DNA of 64,000 bases. It comes from Octopus vulgaris. Lineage: Eukaryota. A program made the translations under genes and the position numbers. This document shows, in pieces, positions 1-12,639 of the stretch (positions are counted from its first letter, which is position 1; each line of letters starts with the position of its first letter). The stretch spans positions 46,562,001-46,626,000 of the forward strand of contig OX597834.1 of assembly GCA_951406725.2 (NCBI GenBank), written 5' to 3'. The notes below the pieces were generated by a model, which was not told the DNA's origin, did no database searches, and was given only the letters and a program-made list of their open reading frames with translations.

Positions 1-720
1 GAATAGAATTGAGGGTTTTAATGGATTTTAGAACTCTGCAGGACAATGAGCTTTTTTTATTATTATTCCTAATCCCTATTAGTATCAATTTGGTTTAAAT
101 GCATAATTATAACTAACCTCTGGAAGTACCTACAACAGGTACTGATTTGGCGCTCGTAACTCAGTTTTGTTCTTGCTTTTTCTTTGGTTTTATTTTTTTT
201 TTTTTTTTTTGGTGGGAGCAGGGGATTGTTTTGTTTTGTTTCTTACTCACAGCCACTTTTGTTTTAGTTAAGGATGTTGCAGGTTGAAGAATATTTTCAT
301 TTGTTACAATTAACCATTACGTTTTCAAGAGCCATTTCTGTCGGAAAGAAATTTACGTTTCTCAAGAAATTCTTTGCTAAAGTACCAAGCAGCAAATCTT
401 CAAAATGGTTAACGCTACCAATATCTACCAATAGTTCGATGTTTTTAACTTTGGTTGGTCCAAAGTAAGGACAATTTAAGGCAAATTATAGGTGTCATTA
501 GCTTAGGCTCCTTTTGGAATTCCTGGCAGGAAGTCACGTGATAACGCCACTACTACACAACCCAATAGGGACCTGCTGCCCTCTGCCCTATCATCAGGGT
601 CAATTAAATAAGTATCAGCTACGCACTGGGATCGATATAATCGACTTAATCACTTTCCCCAAATTTGAGGCCTTACGATTCCAGTTGAAAGGATCATTAT
701 CACCATCATCATCATCATCG

Positions 721-757
<37 letters not shown>

Positions 758-990
758 GATGGCGAGCTAGCAGAATTGTTTGAAGGCAAGAGAAAATTCT
801 TAGCGGCATGTCGTCCACGTTCTGAGTTCAAATTCCGCCGAGGTCGACTTTGCCTTTCATCTTTTCGGGGTCGATTAAATAAGTACCATTTACGCACCGG
901 GGTCGATATAATTGACTTGATCCGTTTGTCTGTCCTTGTTTGTCCCCTCTATGTTTAGCCCCTTGTGGGCAATAAAGAAATAAGAAATAA
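758..990 (+). mobile_element. tRNA-derived SINE (Nin/Deu-like central domain) with Tx1-like 3' tail
   Basis: A-box-like GGCGAGCTAGCAG head, B-box GAGTTCAAATTCC, core GACTTTGCCTTTCATC..TCGGGGTCGA, tail GTCTGTCCTTGTTTGTCCCCTCT..AGCCCCTTGTGGGCAATAAAGAAATA. Other copies at 11302, 17644 and 34660. Confidence 0.8.
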
Positions 991-1227
991 GTAAAAGAAA
1001 GAAGAGAAATGTTAGTATGTAGTGTTCCAAATATCTAGAGACCCAGTTATGTTTGTAGTATAGAGGTGTTTAAAAAGCAGTCTCGAGGACAAGATGATTA
1101 TGTCGAAGTGAATATAATTTGATTTCGTGATTGAGTCGTGTCGCAGAAATTTCAATATTAAAAGAAGCTTGAGAAATCACAGTTTAGTTTTAAATATATA
1201 TTAAAACCGGAATATTAACAGATGTTA

Positions 1228-1505
1228 CCTCATTAATTAACTCACTCACCGGTTCGATTTCCATTCATTTACTTTTTTTTCTTTCTTTCTAAATTTTTCG
1301 TTGCTTCTTACAACCTCTTCAATACTTGTTGACTCTGTCCGTTATCGGAACAGCGATTACGGACAGTTATTGACTCTATCCGTTATCTAGCTCCGATAAT
1401 GGAGTCAACAACTATTGAAGAGGTTGCCAGAAGCAACGAAAATTTTAGAAAAAAATAATAAGTAAATAAGAGGAAATCGAACCAGTGAGTGTGTTAATGA
1501 ATAAG
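1228..1505. repeat. Inverted-repeat (fold-back) element with non-canonical hammerhead-like motif
   Basis: Arms ~1228-1350 and ~1394-1505 are reverse complements. Motif TTGAAGA-GGTTGC-CAGAA-GCAAC-GAAA at ~1414-1441. Confidence 0.55.
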
Positions 1506-1736
1506 GCATTAAAACAGAATGACTCTTCCCAGACACAGCAAAATTTGCTTTAACACACGAATTCACATAAATAATCTTGCAAACCAGATACAAAAACGAA
1601 TATTAACAGATATGTAGGCTATTTTTCAAGTGAACAAGATGTTGTTGAATGTTGAGATATCTTCATGAATGGAGAAAAAAAAATCAAAAGGCACCAAGAA
1701 AGACTCTAACGGCTGCTTTGCTTCGTTATATGTATA

Positions 1737-1785
<49 letters not shown>

Positions 1786-1877
1786 GTATGTGTACATATA
1801 TATGTATGTATGTGTGAGAATGTATGTATATAATACTAATATGCTTATATATATGTATATCTGTGTGAATGTATGTG

Positions 1878-1897
1878 TATCTATCTATCTATCTATC

Positions 1898-1948
<51 letters not shown>

Positions 1949-1961
1949 ATCTATCTATCTA
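1878..1961 (+). repeat. (TATC)n microsatellite, 5' flank of Tx1 LINE
   Basis: Tandem TATC, which resumes at 7837 on the other side of the LINE. Confidence 0.95.
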
Positions 1962-2162
1962 TTGACGGATGTGATGTCGTTTCAGCTCCGAAGGTAATCA
2001 TTTATTTTGACTATTTATAGGCCAATTTTTGTGTAGATTTTTGCAAATAAGGTGTGTAAGGCAACCAACTTTCATTTGAGTGCTTTTCCAAGGGAGGAAT
2101 TCGCCCCTAGGGGCAGTTTCGACCCCATTTCATTTCTGTTATTTTCTTCTCGACATTAGAAA

Positions 2163-4023
2163 ATGTCTAGAAATTTTATTGTTGAACGCTGGTCGCGTTC
2201 TTTTATGGAACAACATTTTCCTAGTCTGGAAACGACAGAGAAAAAAAAGAACGTTCGCACGGAAAATGCCAACGTAAAATTCGGTGAAATGAACGCTGCA
2301 ACCACGTGCGTTAACAGCCCTGTCACCACCGCCACCACCACCACTAACAACAGCAACCACGAGACAACAACTGCTACCACCACCACCTCCACCACCACCA
2401 CCACCACTACCACGACCAACATAAATGATAAAAATAAAACTGAAACGAAAACTATTGACAAAAACAACAGCAACAACAAGAACAACAATAAAAATGAACT
2501 ATCTAATAGTGAAGATGCTAATACAAAAAAGTCAACAACAGTAAATTTCGCAGATATTCTTCGCCAGAAAAAGGAGATTGTTACATTCACAAATGAAGAG
2601 CTCATAGAAACAAGAGCTCTCTTTACAACCCGTGGACAAGATTTAGTCCTGCATACACCTCAACATATAAAACAAGAAATAGAAAATAAGACAATTGTAT
2701 ATAAAATTATTAGAAAAAACAAAAAACCAAATGAACAGATTACAAAAACTGATGTGGAGAAATGTTTAAAAAACATAATGAAAGAAAAAGAGTATATAAA
2801 CTGGGGTCCCCAGTTTAACACAGTAGTGGTCCGCTTCCCTAACCAGGAAGTGGCAAAAGCTCACTCTACTGAGTCTCTGGGAAATGATGAAATCATCATG
2901 GTCCCTTATTATAAAAACCAGAGGGTGAGTAGAATTACTATCAGAAATGTACCCTCCGATATGCCGAACAAATGGATAACAGGGGCAATCTGTTACCACT
3001 TGAAAAAGATCAATATTCTAGAAACAGCCGTGTACCTAAACGACAATTGGGGTGGAAAAACAGTAGTAGTGACCATCCAGATTGAGGGGCCTCTATCGAG
3101 AGCCTACCCGACAAGATATACTTGGAGAATGGGCAATGCTTATATGTTATGGCAGAAGGCAAAAAGCCTAGATGCTACAAATGTGGCAGCCCCGAACATT
3201 TGATTGCCAAGTGCGATCTGGTACAGAAAAAACAAGAAAGAACAATTCAGAAAACAAATAAAATCCCTTTGTTGCCAACACCAACACCAACACACTCAAT
3301 TATGGAACAACGCCAAGAAAAACAACAAACCAGCAAACAACATCACCAAGAAAAACAGTACCAACACAATCACCGTTGACGTCACAACCAATTAAACTTG
3401 TTGAATCTTCAAAAAATCGACCCACACCCACACCCAGGACGACAATTAAAAAGACAGAAAACACTGACGAGAAGACAAATGCTACCCCTAACACCACAAC
3501 AACACAAACACCGCACAAAACATCAACAATTTATACAAGCATACATAGTGATCCTGTTCTTTTTCCTCTACCCCATACTGATACCTCGGACGACGAAAGT
3601 TCGACGGAATGGCAAATAGCCACAGGGGGTAAAAGAAAAAGATCCAAAAAATCCACCAAACAAGGAATTAAAGCAGGGAGATATCTAACTCAGGACAACA
3701 TCCCCCTAGACAATCAAAAAAGTAATGAACCCGTAAAACCACACACACAACTAACTGCAATAGACACAGACAATAAAGAATTAATGGACTACATCAAATC
3801 TAACATGGTCGTCTGTGAAGATGACTTTAAGACAAACAATCATCCGCACACCACAGAAACACATCAGAATTTTACACATAACACAAGCACAACACCACAT
3901 ACTGAAAACAATATTTCCGAATGCGGTAGGCGGGTATCAACGATACCTGTCGAAAAAACTATACAAACACCTCATCAAAAACGATACAAGAAGAAGAAGA
4001 AAAAAATGAAACTTTTAAAATGA
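2163..4023 (+). pseudogene. Tx1-A ORF1 (nucleic-acid-binding, CCHC zinc knuckle), split by frameshifts
   Basis: ORF pieces 2163-3203, 3122-3379 (CYKCGSPEHLIAKC) and 3376-4023. Homologous in layout to ORF1 at 40416-41843 (V.EG.KP.CY.C...H....C). Confidence 0.8.
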
Positions 4024-4088
4024 GTAAGTGACCTCACTTCTTGCCTCTTGTCTCTTCTAATATAGTGTGTAAAACACAATTTTCGTAA

Positions 4089-7000
4089 ATGTCAAGTATG
4101 CTTAAATTAGGTTGTGTGAATGCGCGTGGCTTGGCGTCGGCTTGGAAGCAAGGTTACCTTCTAAACGACATCAAGTCACTGGACGTGGATATAGTAGCTA
4201 TCAGTGAAACCAGACTCAGTACGCCGCGGGCCCTCGAGTCCATGTTTGGCAATCAATTTGACATTTATTTTTCTCCCTGTCTGCCGAACATGGGTGGTGG
4301 AGGTACTGCGGTGCTTTTTCGAAAGAGTCTAGAGGTAAAAGTAAGAGCAATATTCCTAGACCCGGAGGGTAGGCTGGTTGTCTTGGACGTGGATGGCAGA
4401 AATGGGTGTGCATTCCGTCTGATGGCAGTTTATGCACCGTCCTTAACGGGTCGGGCGGATTTCTTCAGACGTCTAGAGGTTTTCCTGGGTACGTCTAGAC
4501 CTTTACTGTTAGTAGGGGATTGGAACGCTACCTTGGACACGCATCTAGATTATGTGGGAAGGGATAGGAATAGAAGGGGGTGTAAGAGCCTCAAAGACCT
4601 GCTCAGACGTTTCCATTTGTCTGACAGGTTCCGACTCGACCATCCGAACGTGCCAACGTGGACTTGGACAAACCGCGTCGGATCGTCGAGATCTTATCTA
4701 GATAGAATTCTATGCAGGACAGCGGATAGGGATAGTGTAGGATGTCCACAATTTAAAATAGTCAGCTACACAGATCACAAATTTGTTACGTGTACGCTCG
4801 ACTTAGATAAAACACATAGGCAGGGTCCCGGTTACTGGAAACTGAACACGTCGCTGTTAGCGCGACAGGTTTACGGGAACCGGATTAGCGAGTTAATTAA
4901 GAGGGCGCTGACGGGAGCGATCGTTAACAACCGCTGGTGGTACGCCCTGAAAATGGCAATAAAATCGGAATCAATTAGGTTTAGCAAGGAATTAGCGATA
5001 GAACGAAATAGAGTAGAGGGAGACTTAGTTAAGAAACTAGAAGAGGCACTTACCACTGGCAGCGCAACCAACGTGCTGGCTGCGAAGATGGCCCTCGACC
5101 AACACCTCAACGCCAAGCACGAAGGTTGCGTCGTCAGAGCTAAAATGCGTGCCTTAAGGAACGAAGGGATTGAAGCTGCGCGAGAGGCCCGGGTAGCGGA
5201 GGCGCAGCGTGGCAACAGATCAACCATCCGGTCTCTAATAGATCAACAGGGATGCAGTTTACTCGAACCCGAAAGGATGTGTGAGGCCTTTCAACAGCAC
5301 TTTGCTCGACTGTTTGGTGCGAGTGGTGGGTCGGAACGAGGGATGGATTTCAGTGCCTACCTGACCGACCTGCCGCGGCTCTCGGCAAGAGAAGCGGAGT
5401 GTTGTGAAAGTCCCATCACAGCCGCTGACGTGTGGGATGCGATGGCGGGCTGCGCGAGGGATAAGTCGCCTGGATTGGATGGTTTACCCTACGAGCTGTA
5501 TTGTCGAATGCCAGACTTGTTTGGCGACCTCTTGGCATCAGTCTACTGCAACTGGCAACAAAACGGGAGAATCCCCGGTTTCGTGAGCCGAGGTGCAGTG
5601 ACGTTGCTGAAGAAAGACTCAAACAAGGGGAATTTTATAGATAATTTCAGGCCCATCACTCTGCTCAACGCAGATTTGAAAATTTTGGCCAAAGTAATAG
5701 CCGAGAGGTTGGCGCTTGTCATTGGTAAACTGGTCGACAGGGCGCAAACATGCGCCGTGCCGGGCAGAACCATACATGACAACCTCCATCTGATGCGCTA
5801 CATTGTGGACAGGGTAGTTAAGGATCCTGGCATGGGTGGGGCGCTGATAAATTTGGATCAGTCTAAAGCCTTCGATAGGGTCGACCATCGGTACTTGGCG
5901 GCCGTCCTCAGGGCGGCTGGCTTCGGTCCCGTCTTCCGCGGTTGGATCGCTGCCTTGTATAGCGGCATCCGATCGGTGATTCGGGTGAACGGTCACCTGT
6001 CGAAACCGTTTGACATCACGCGTTCGGTCCGTCAGGGGTGTCCCCTGTCGGCGCTTCTGTATGTATTGACTCTCGAGCCGCTACTGCGGAAGCTGGCGAC
6101 ACTGAGGGGCATCCCACGGGAACTGGGTTGCGAGACGAGCGTGTCGGCATATGCGGACGATGTCACCGTCATAGTGTCGAGCTACCAGCACATCGAGCTG
6201 GTCGGCGAGACACTAAGAAAATATGAAACGGTGACGGGAGCAAAGATTAACCCGGAAAAGTCAGTGGGTTTGCTACTCGGCACCTGGAGAAGCAAGCCCA
6301 TGCCGTCCGACTGCGGCTCAGTAGTGGGACGCTGGACGGACGGACCGGTTAAATTGCTCGGGGTCTGGTTCAGTCCGGACCTCCAAATGGATAAGAACTG
6401 GGACGAGATCACGAGTAGAGTGGTCGCTCTCAGCCAAACATGGGCCGAGAGAAAGCTGTCTCTAAAAGGCCGGGCGGAGGTGGCGAACGCGTACATCGCA
6501 TCCGTCATCGATTACCGCCTGACCGTCGTACCTTGTCCCGACGCCACCATCACCAAACTGGAACGCATACTCTTCCGCTTCCTGTGGAAGGGTGGCGTTC
6601 CGATGGTGAGGAAGTCCATTTGCTGTCAACATCCGTTGAATGGAGGACTGGGCATGCCGTGGTTGATGATGCGCAGGCATGCGCTGAGACTGCGACATCT
6701 CTGGAAATTCATCGACGACGGTGAACAGGTGTGGGCGCCGTTTGTGAGGCGCGACTTCCTGCAGCTCGTCTCACTGACCGAACTGCAAACGTGGATCAAA
6801 AAGAGACCGAAACTGGGCGATTGGCACCGAGTGTCGCCAAGCTCTACAGCAGCTCTGCCGACCGGGGTCAAACTTGTGCAACTTCCAAACGACTAAAGCG
6901 TTCTATAGAGGACTAGTGGAGGGGAGGTCCGACGACACACTCGGGGCAAACCTGGGCGTCGACGAGGAATTCCTAACCCGCCTGTTCAGGACGACATTCG

Positions 7001-7536
7001 GGCCGGGGCCTATGGATAACTTCCAGAAATCCCTGGCTTGGCAGTGCTATCGAGACGCACTACCTGTTCGAGAGAAGAGCTACAGACACGGTTCGAAAAC
7101 CATCACCGGACCGACCTGCCCGAGATGCGGTCAGAGCGACGAAACCGTTCTGCACGCACTCGTGCAGTGTCCAGATATTTCAGAGCTGTGGTCCTTCGTC
7201 GAACAGCTGTTGTCACGTGTAGGTCAGGCTCGCCTATCGGCCGAGTCTATCGTGAATATTGTTCCACCACCTTCCTTTAATCGGGAAGGGAAAACGGTTT
7301 TCGTTACGCTGATGGCTATGGCGAAAGAATGTGTGTGGTGGACGCGTTTGAAAGGACTGCAAACAAACACCTTCCTCTCTGGTCAGTCTCTCGTCAACTT
7401 TTTCAAGTACCACTTGAAAAGGAGGATGAGAATAGAGAGGAAGGCTTTGTCGAACGAATGTTTTAATAAAAAGTGGGTAAAAGTGGCAAAAATGGTCAGT
7501 GTGAAAGACGACACTATTTTAAGCATAAATCTGTAA
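4089..7536 (+). CDS. Tx1-A ORF2: APE endonuclease, reverse transcriptase and zinc finger (one frameshift near 6830)
   Basis: NARGL..SETR, GDWN, YLDRI, TDH (APE); KSPGLDG, FRPITLLN, LDQSKAFDRVDH, RQGCPLS, YADD (RT); CPRC..ETVLHALVQC in 6874-7536. Confidence 0.92.
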
Positions 7537-7862
7537 CCAAAAGAGACAACGAGAAGTAAGGCGACTTACTCATGTGTTCTTTTTCGAACTGTCTGAGGTG
7601 ACCTTGGTCTTTTTTGTAGGTTTTTCTTTCCAAGGCTACACCTAAACTGTGAATATTATATATATATATATGGTGCTTTTTTATACACCACACAACCCAC
7701 AGATCTCTATTGATCAAACGTTTTTTTTTTTTTTTTTTTTTTGCCCCACCCATCCCACCTCGAAAAGAAAAAATTCTACATTGTATTTCGTCCATTTTTA
7801 TTCTGTGTTTAGCCCTGTGTGGCTACAATAAAAAGTTATCTATCTATCTATCTATCTATCCA

Positions 7863-7905
<43 letters not shown>

Positions 7906-7907
<2 letters not shown>

Positions 7908-8767
7908 CGGGAAGCTTTATGAAAATAGACAAAAGACGAAGGCAGGTGGGAAACAAACAAACAATTGTATTAGTACGGCGCTCAGGAAATATAAATAAAA
8001 CAAGTCTTATATATATATATATATATACACATACTGAACAACAAAAGAAACGTCGCTCTGTAAATGATTATTTGTTTCACACACGATATTGAGATTATGC
8101 GGATTTTATCACATTTATAGGTAATTTGACACGAGGAAGATATCACTGACCTACGCACCACTCTCTTTTGAAAACACAAGGTAATACTCGCGAACGCATC
8201 TTTTTGAAAAGCATGATGCACGTGCAAAACGCTGACTCACTGGGTATAAAAGCACCCAAGTTTATCAGCCTGTCATTCGCCCACGCAATGACCGACCGAG
8301 GTTAGAACGGCACGTCAAGATCGCCACCGGCACCGACCGAGCGCACTTGCGGGAGCGATTCCGGAGGGTAACGGAATCAGCTCGGCAGAGCATAGGGACT
8401 CACCACAGATCCATTTGTGCAGAGATAGTTCGACGCCGGCTGAGATCTTTCAGTCTGTCTTTTCGACGTCATCGACGGGCACGTCTCCAGTGGGCTCAAA
8501 AGCGTCAGAACTGGTGATATCTGCAGTGGAGGACTGCAGATATATATATATAGATCGCCATGTTGATTCGTTAGCTACTGCACGCATTTTTTTTCTCTCC
8601 TTCTTTCTGTGTTTTTTTTCTCTCTGTGTATCTTTCTGTTGAAGAGCGTAGGCTCGAAACGTTAAAGACTTGTTTTATTTATATTTCCTGAGAGCCATAC
8701 TAATACAATTGTTCGTTTGTTTTCCACCTGCCTTCGTCTTTTGTCTATTTTCATAAAGCTTCCCGTT
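7906..8767. mobile_element. Penelope-like terminal repeats in inverted orientation within (TA)n
   Basis: 7906-8008 is the reverse complement of ~8665-8767. Hammerhead-like TTGAAGAGCGTAGGCTCGAAACGTTA at ~8639-8664. A related copy lies at ~14820-15000. Confidence 0.6.
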
Positions 8768-8819
8768 ATATATGTATATATATGTATATTTATGTGTATA
8801 TGTGTGTATATATATATGC

Positions 8820-8857
<38 letters not shown>

Positions 8858-9329
8858 ATGTATGTATATATATATATGTATATGTGTGTGTGTATATATA
8901 TATACACACATATATGTATGTATGTATTCATGTATATATATATATTATAATTTAGAACAAACAGTAAGTTGGCATTATAGTACTCAGAGTTTCGAATGTC
9001 GGAGCGAAGAGCTACGATGCATTCTCGTTGGCTATTAATGGCAACAGACGTTATAAAAAAAAAACGTTGAATAGAAGAAAAGTTACTCTAATAGATAAAT
9101 AAAAGAAAAAGTAAAAAGATGAAAAAATACACGCAAACATATTCTCACAATACCTAGACATAAACCTCCTGCGTTGTCCAAGGAACTTTTCCAGGTGACC
9201 CATCTTTCCATATTACAAAGACTGCACTTTTCCCCTACTGTTGGTATAAGGTTTACACTTGGCTAAAATTTTCCAGTACATCCTATAGCTGACACATTGT
9301 TCTTATAAGAACCACATATATATATAAAT

Positions 9330-11720
9330 GAAGTATAAGGAAAAAAAATTGTAGGTGTAGATTTTTAATTCATTATCCAGGTCTAATTAATTCCAAAGAC
9401 AAAAACGAAAAACTCTTGAAATAAAAGTTAGATTCTTCGTCAGGAATTGCATATTGGTATGAATAATTATGACCAACAAAAATATACAAAGATCTTTCGT
9501 GGCCCAGACGGGAACGAAAAGATAATAATAGAACGAAAGATAATTAGAACAACAGACAATTCAAAATTAGAAAAATATATAAAAACACTCCAGCGTTTTA
9601 TTAAGATTAAGAAATTAAAGATTAATAACTACAAACTAAAAAGTAATAAATGTCCTAATTCAAAGTTAATAATATGGTAATATCAAATGAAAATAAAAAT
9701 AAAAATAAATTATTTTGTTTACAAAATAGCCATCTACAAGTAAAACAGTAGAACGAAGAAAGTGAAGGGAGAGGAGAGAAAATAGTAATACATCAGTGAA
9801 GGAGAGGTAGATAGAGTAATAGCCATGACTGAAAGAGTGAGAGAAAGTAGTAACCGTTTCAGAAAGAAGAACGTTGAGTGTATCTTCAGTTCTCATCATG
9901 TGACTGAGAAAGGAAGGGGCAAATAGAGTAAAAAAGAAGAAAGGGCCATTCAACTGTGTGTGAGTATATGTGTATATGTGTATGTATGAAAAAGGGAGGT
10001 ATGTGAAAATTTGTATGTGTATGTGTGTGCGTGTGCGTGTGTGTGTGTGTGTGTGCGTGCGTAATGGAAACCTACAACTCGGAAAATAAAAAACTGTAAT
10101 CATTTCAATTCTGTTTGAGTAGATGTCTGTGTGTCTGTGTGTCCTTGGGAAATATGTGAATGCTTGTATCTGGGATTATTTTTGTACCTCATTTTGTACC
10201 TTATTTAAATAGCAATTAGCCATCAATTATAAGCGGCACAGGGTCAGCTAATAAATATATAGAAATTTCAAAACGGTTGTAAGATAATAAATTAATTATG
10301 TGAAAAAATTCACCGTCCCACAATCACAGATGAACAAAATTAAAGTACTCACAGTATCTTAAAAATTAAATTTAAAATTTTTGAAATTTTTAAATGTAAA
10401 AAATTTTTTTAATTAAAAAAGCAATGCGAGAGGCACCAACTTGAGTAGTAAATAGAAAGGGTGAAACCGAATTTATGAAACTCTCAAAAGCCACTGAATC
10501 AAAATAAAACCAGACAGAATAAAACACCTACAAAAAATATCCTAATTTAAAATTTTAAAACACACATTTATTCTTACGGACACAGCAAAAAACCCCTTCA
10601 GATTTAGAGTTTAGCAGCCTTCTTCTGGAAAATAAAATCAAAAATAATTCTTCAGAACAAAGAAAGCAGAACCTATTACCAATCCTATAAACCGACGTTG
10701 TCCTTAAAATGCTCCATTTTATTATTAATTTTATGATTCCAGATGAAATTACTAAGACTAGTAGAAGCCCTATTTCTGATCCTAAAGGAATGGTAATGGT
10801 TCAAAACCCTTTTTTTAATATAATTAGCAGAAGAACCAATATAAAAGTAATCATTACCTTCAGAAATAACTTTAGTTTGATAGACGACTTCCCTACGTTT
10901 ATAAAAATTACCAAATAAACAATGTGTAACAACATATCCACCGATATGAACGACGAAAGGAAAGTAAAAGGACTCGGGGACAGTTTCTGAATGACCCTTT
11001 CGGGATTACAAAGAATTTGTAATTTGATGAATTTGCTCAAAAGCCAGAATCCCTGGGATCCTTGGATGCGTTGAACACTGCTTTCAATTTCTTAATTGTT
11101 TTAATTAGATAACCTTATTATTTTCCTAGATAATTTTTGTTTCATTAAATTTATCTGTTTTTACTAGATATTTACATAACGTAAAGTGTAATGCTAATAA
11201 AACGCTGGAGTGGTTTATATATAAATATATATCAATTTCTGGTTTTGAATTGTCTGGCGTTCTTGTTATCTTTCAATCTATTATTATTTGTTCGTTCCCG
11301 AGGGCGGTGAGCTGACGAAATCGTTAGCCTACAAGGCGGAATGCTTAGCGGTATTTTGTCTGCCGCTACGTTCTGAGTTCAAATATCGGGGTCGATAAAT
11401 TAAGTATCAGTTGACTACTGGGATCGATGTAATCGACTATCCCTCTCAGCGCAATTTCAGGCCTTGTATCTATGGTAGAAAGGATTATTCGTTCGATCCC
11501 GTCTGGGCTATGAAATCTCTTTGTATATTTTTGTTGATCGTATTTATTCATACCAATATGCAATTCTTGACGAAGAATCTAATTTTTATTTCAATCGTTT
11601 TTCGTTTTTGTCTTTGGAATTAATTAGACTCCGAAGTAATTTGAAGAATTTAGATTGGATCTCTACCAACCTGGCTACACCTACAACTTCTTTCCTTTCT
11701 TTCTACTTCATTTATTGTTT
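9330..11720 (-). mobile_element. Degenerate Penelope-like element: GIY-YIG remnant between inverted terminal repeats
   Basis: 9382-9600 is the reverse complement of 11198-11629, which is interrupted by a SINE at ~11302-11487. Degenerate hammerhead at ~11561-11650. Confidence 0.7.
10630..10900 (-). pseudogene. GIY-YIG endonuclease remnant (Penelope-like)
   Basis: Hand translation of the minus strand gives EVVYQTKVISEGNDYFYIGSSANYIKKRVLNHYHSF..STSLSNFIWNHK / IKWSIL..YRIGNRFCFLCSEE, homologous to the ORF at 57926-58555. Confidence 0.8.
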
Positions 11721-12007
11721 TCGCAAATACTGAATATATATTTTTCATGTATATTCTTTAATAGGACTGAAGCGGCCGACTTGGAGACATCCCTCCGAAG
11801 GATTTCGTTCCTCACCTCATTTATGTATGTATATATATATTTTTTTTTATATTTAGTTTCAGCTCACAGGCTGTGGCCATGCTGGGGCACCGCCATTTGG
11901 TGTTGCTACATGATTTTACTTCACGAATGCTTTTTAGCAATTGCCATCTGGTGCATGAGAGAATTCGATGCAGCTGCCCTCATCTGCACCTCCTGCAATT
12001 ATTTATT

Positions 12008-12575
<568 letters not shown>

Positions 12576-12639
12576 GCGTGTAAAAGTGAGTGTGTGTGTG
12601 TGCGTGTGGTGTTCTTATGTACATTATACAATGCAATAC

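Larger units (their letters stand above)
1963..7836 (+). mobile_element. Tx1-clade (L1 superfamily) non-LTR retrotransposon, near full length (Tx1-A)
   Basis: ORF1 with CCHC knuckle, ORF2 with APE endonuclease, RT and C-terminal zinc finger. The 3' UTR ends AGCCCTGTGTGGCTACAATAAAAAG. Flanked by (TATC)n on both sides. Confidence 0.93.

Noticed and set aside
4216-6916. Numerous antisense and overlapping ORFs within Tx1 ORF2 (likewise 37265-41802)
   Set aside because: Shadow ORFs of GC-rich coding sequence with no recognisable domains.
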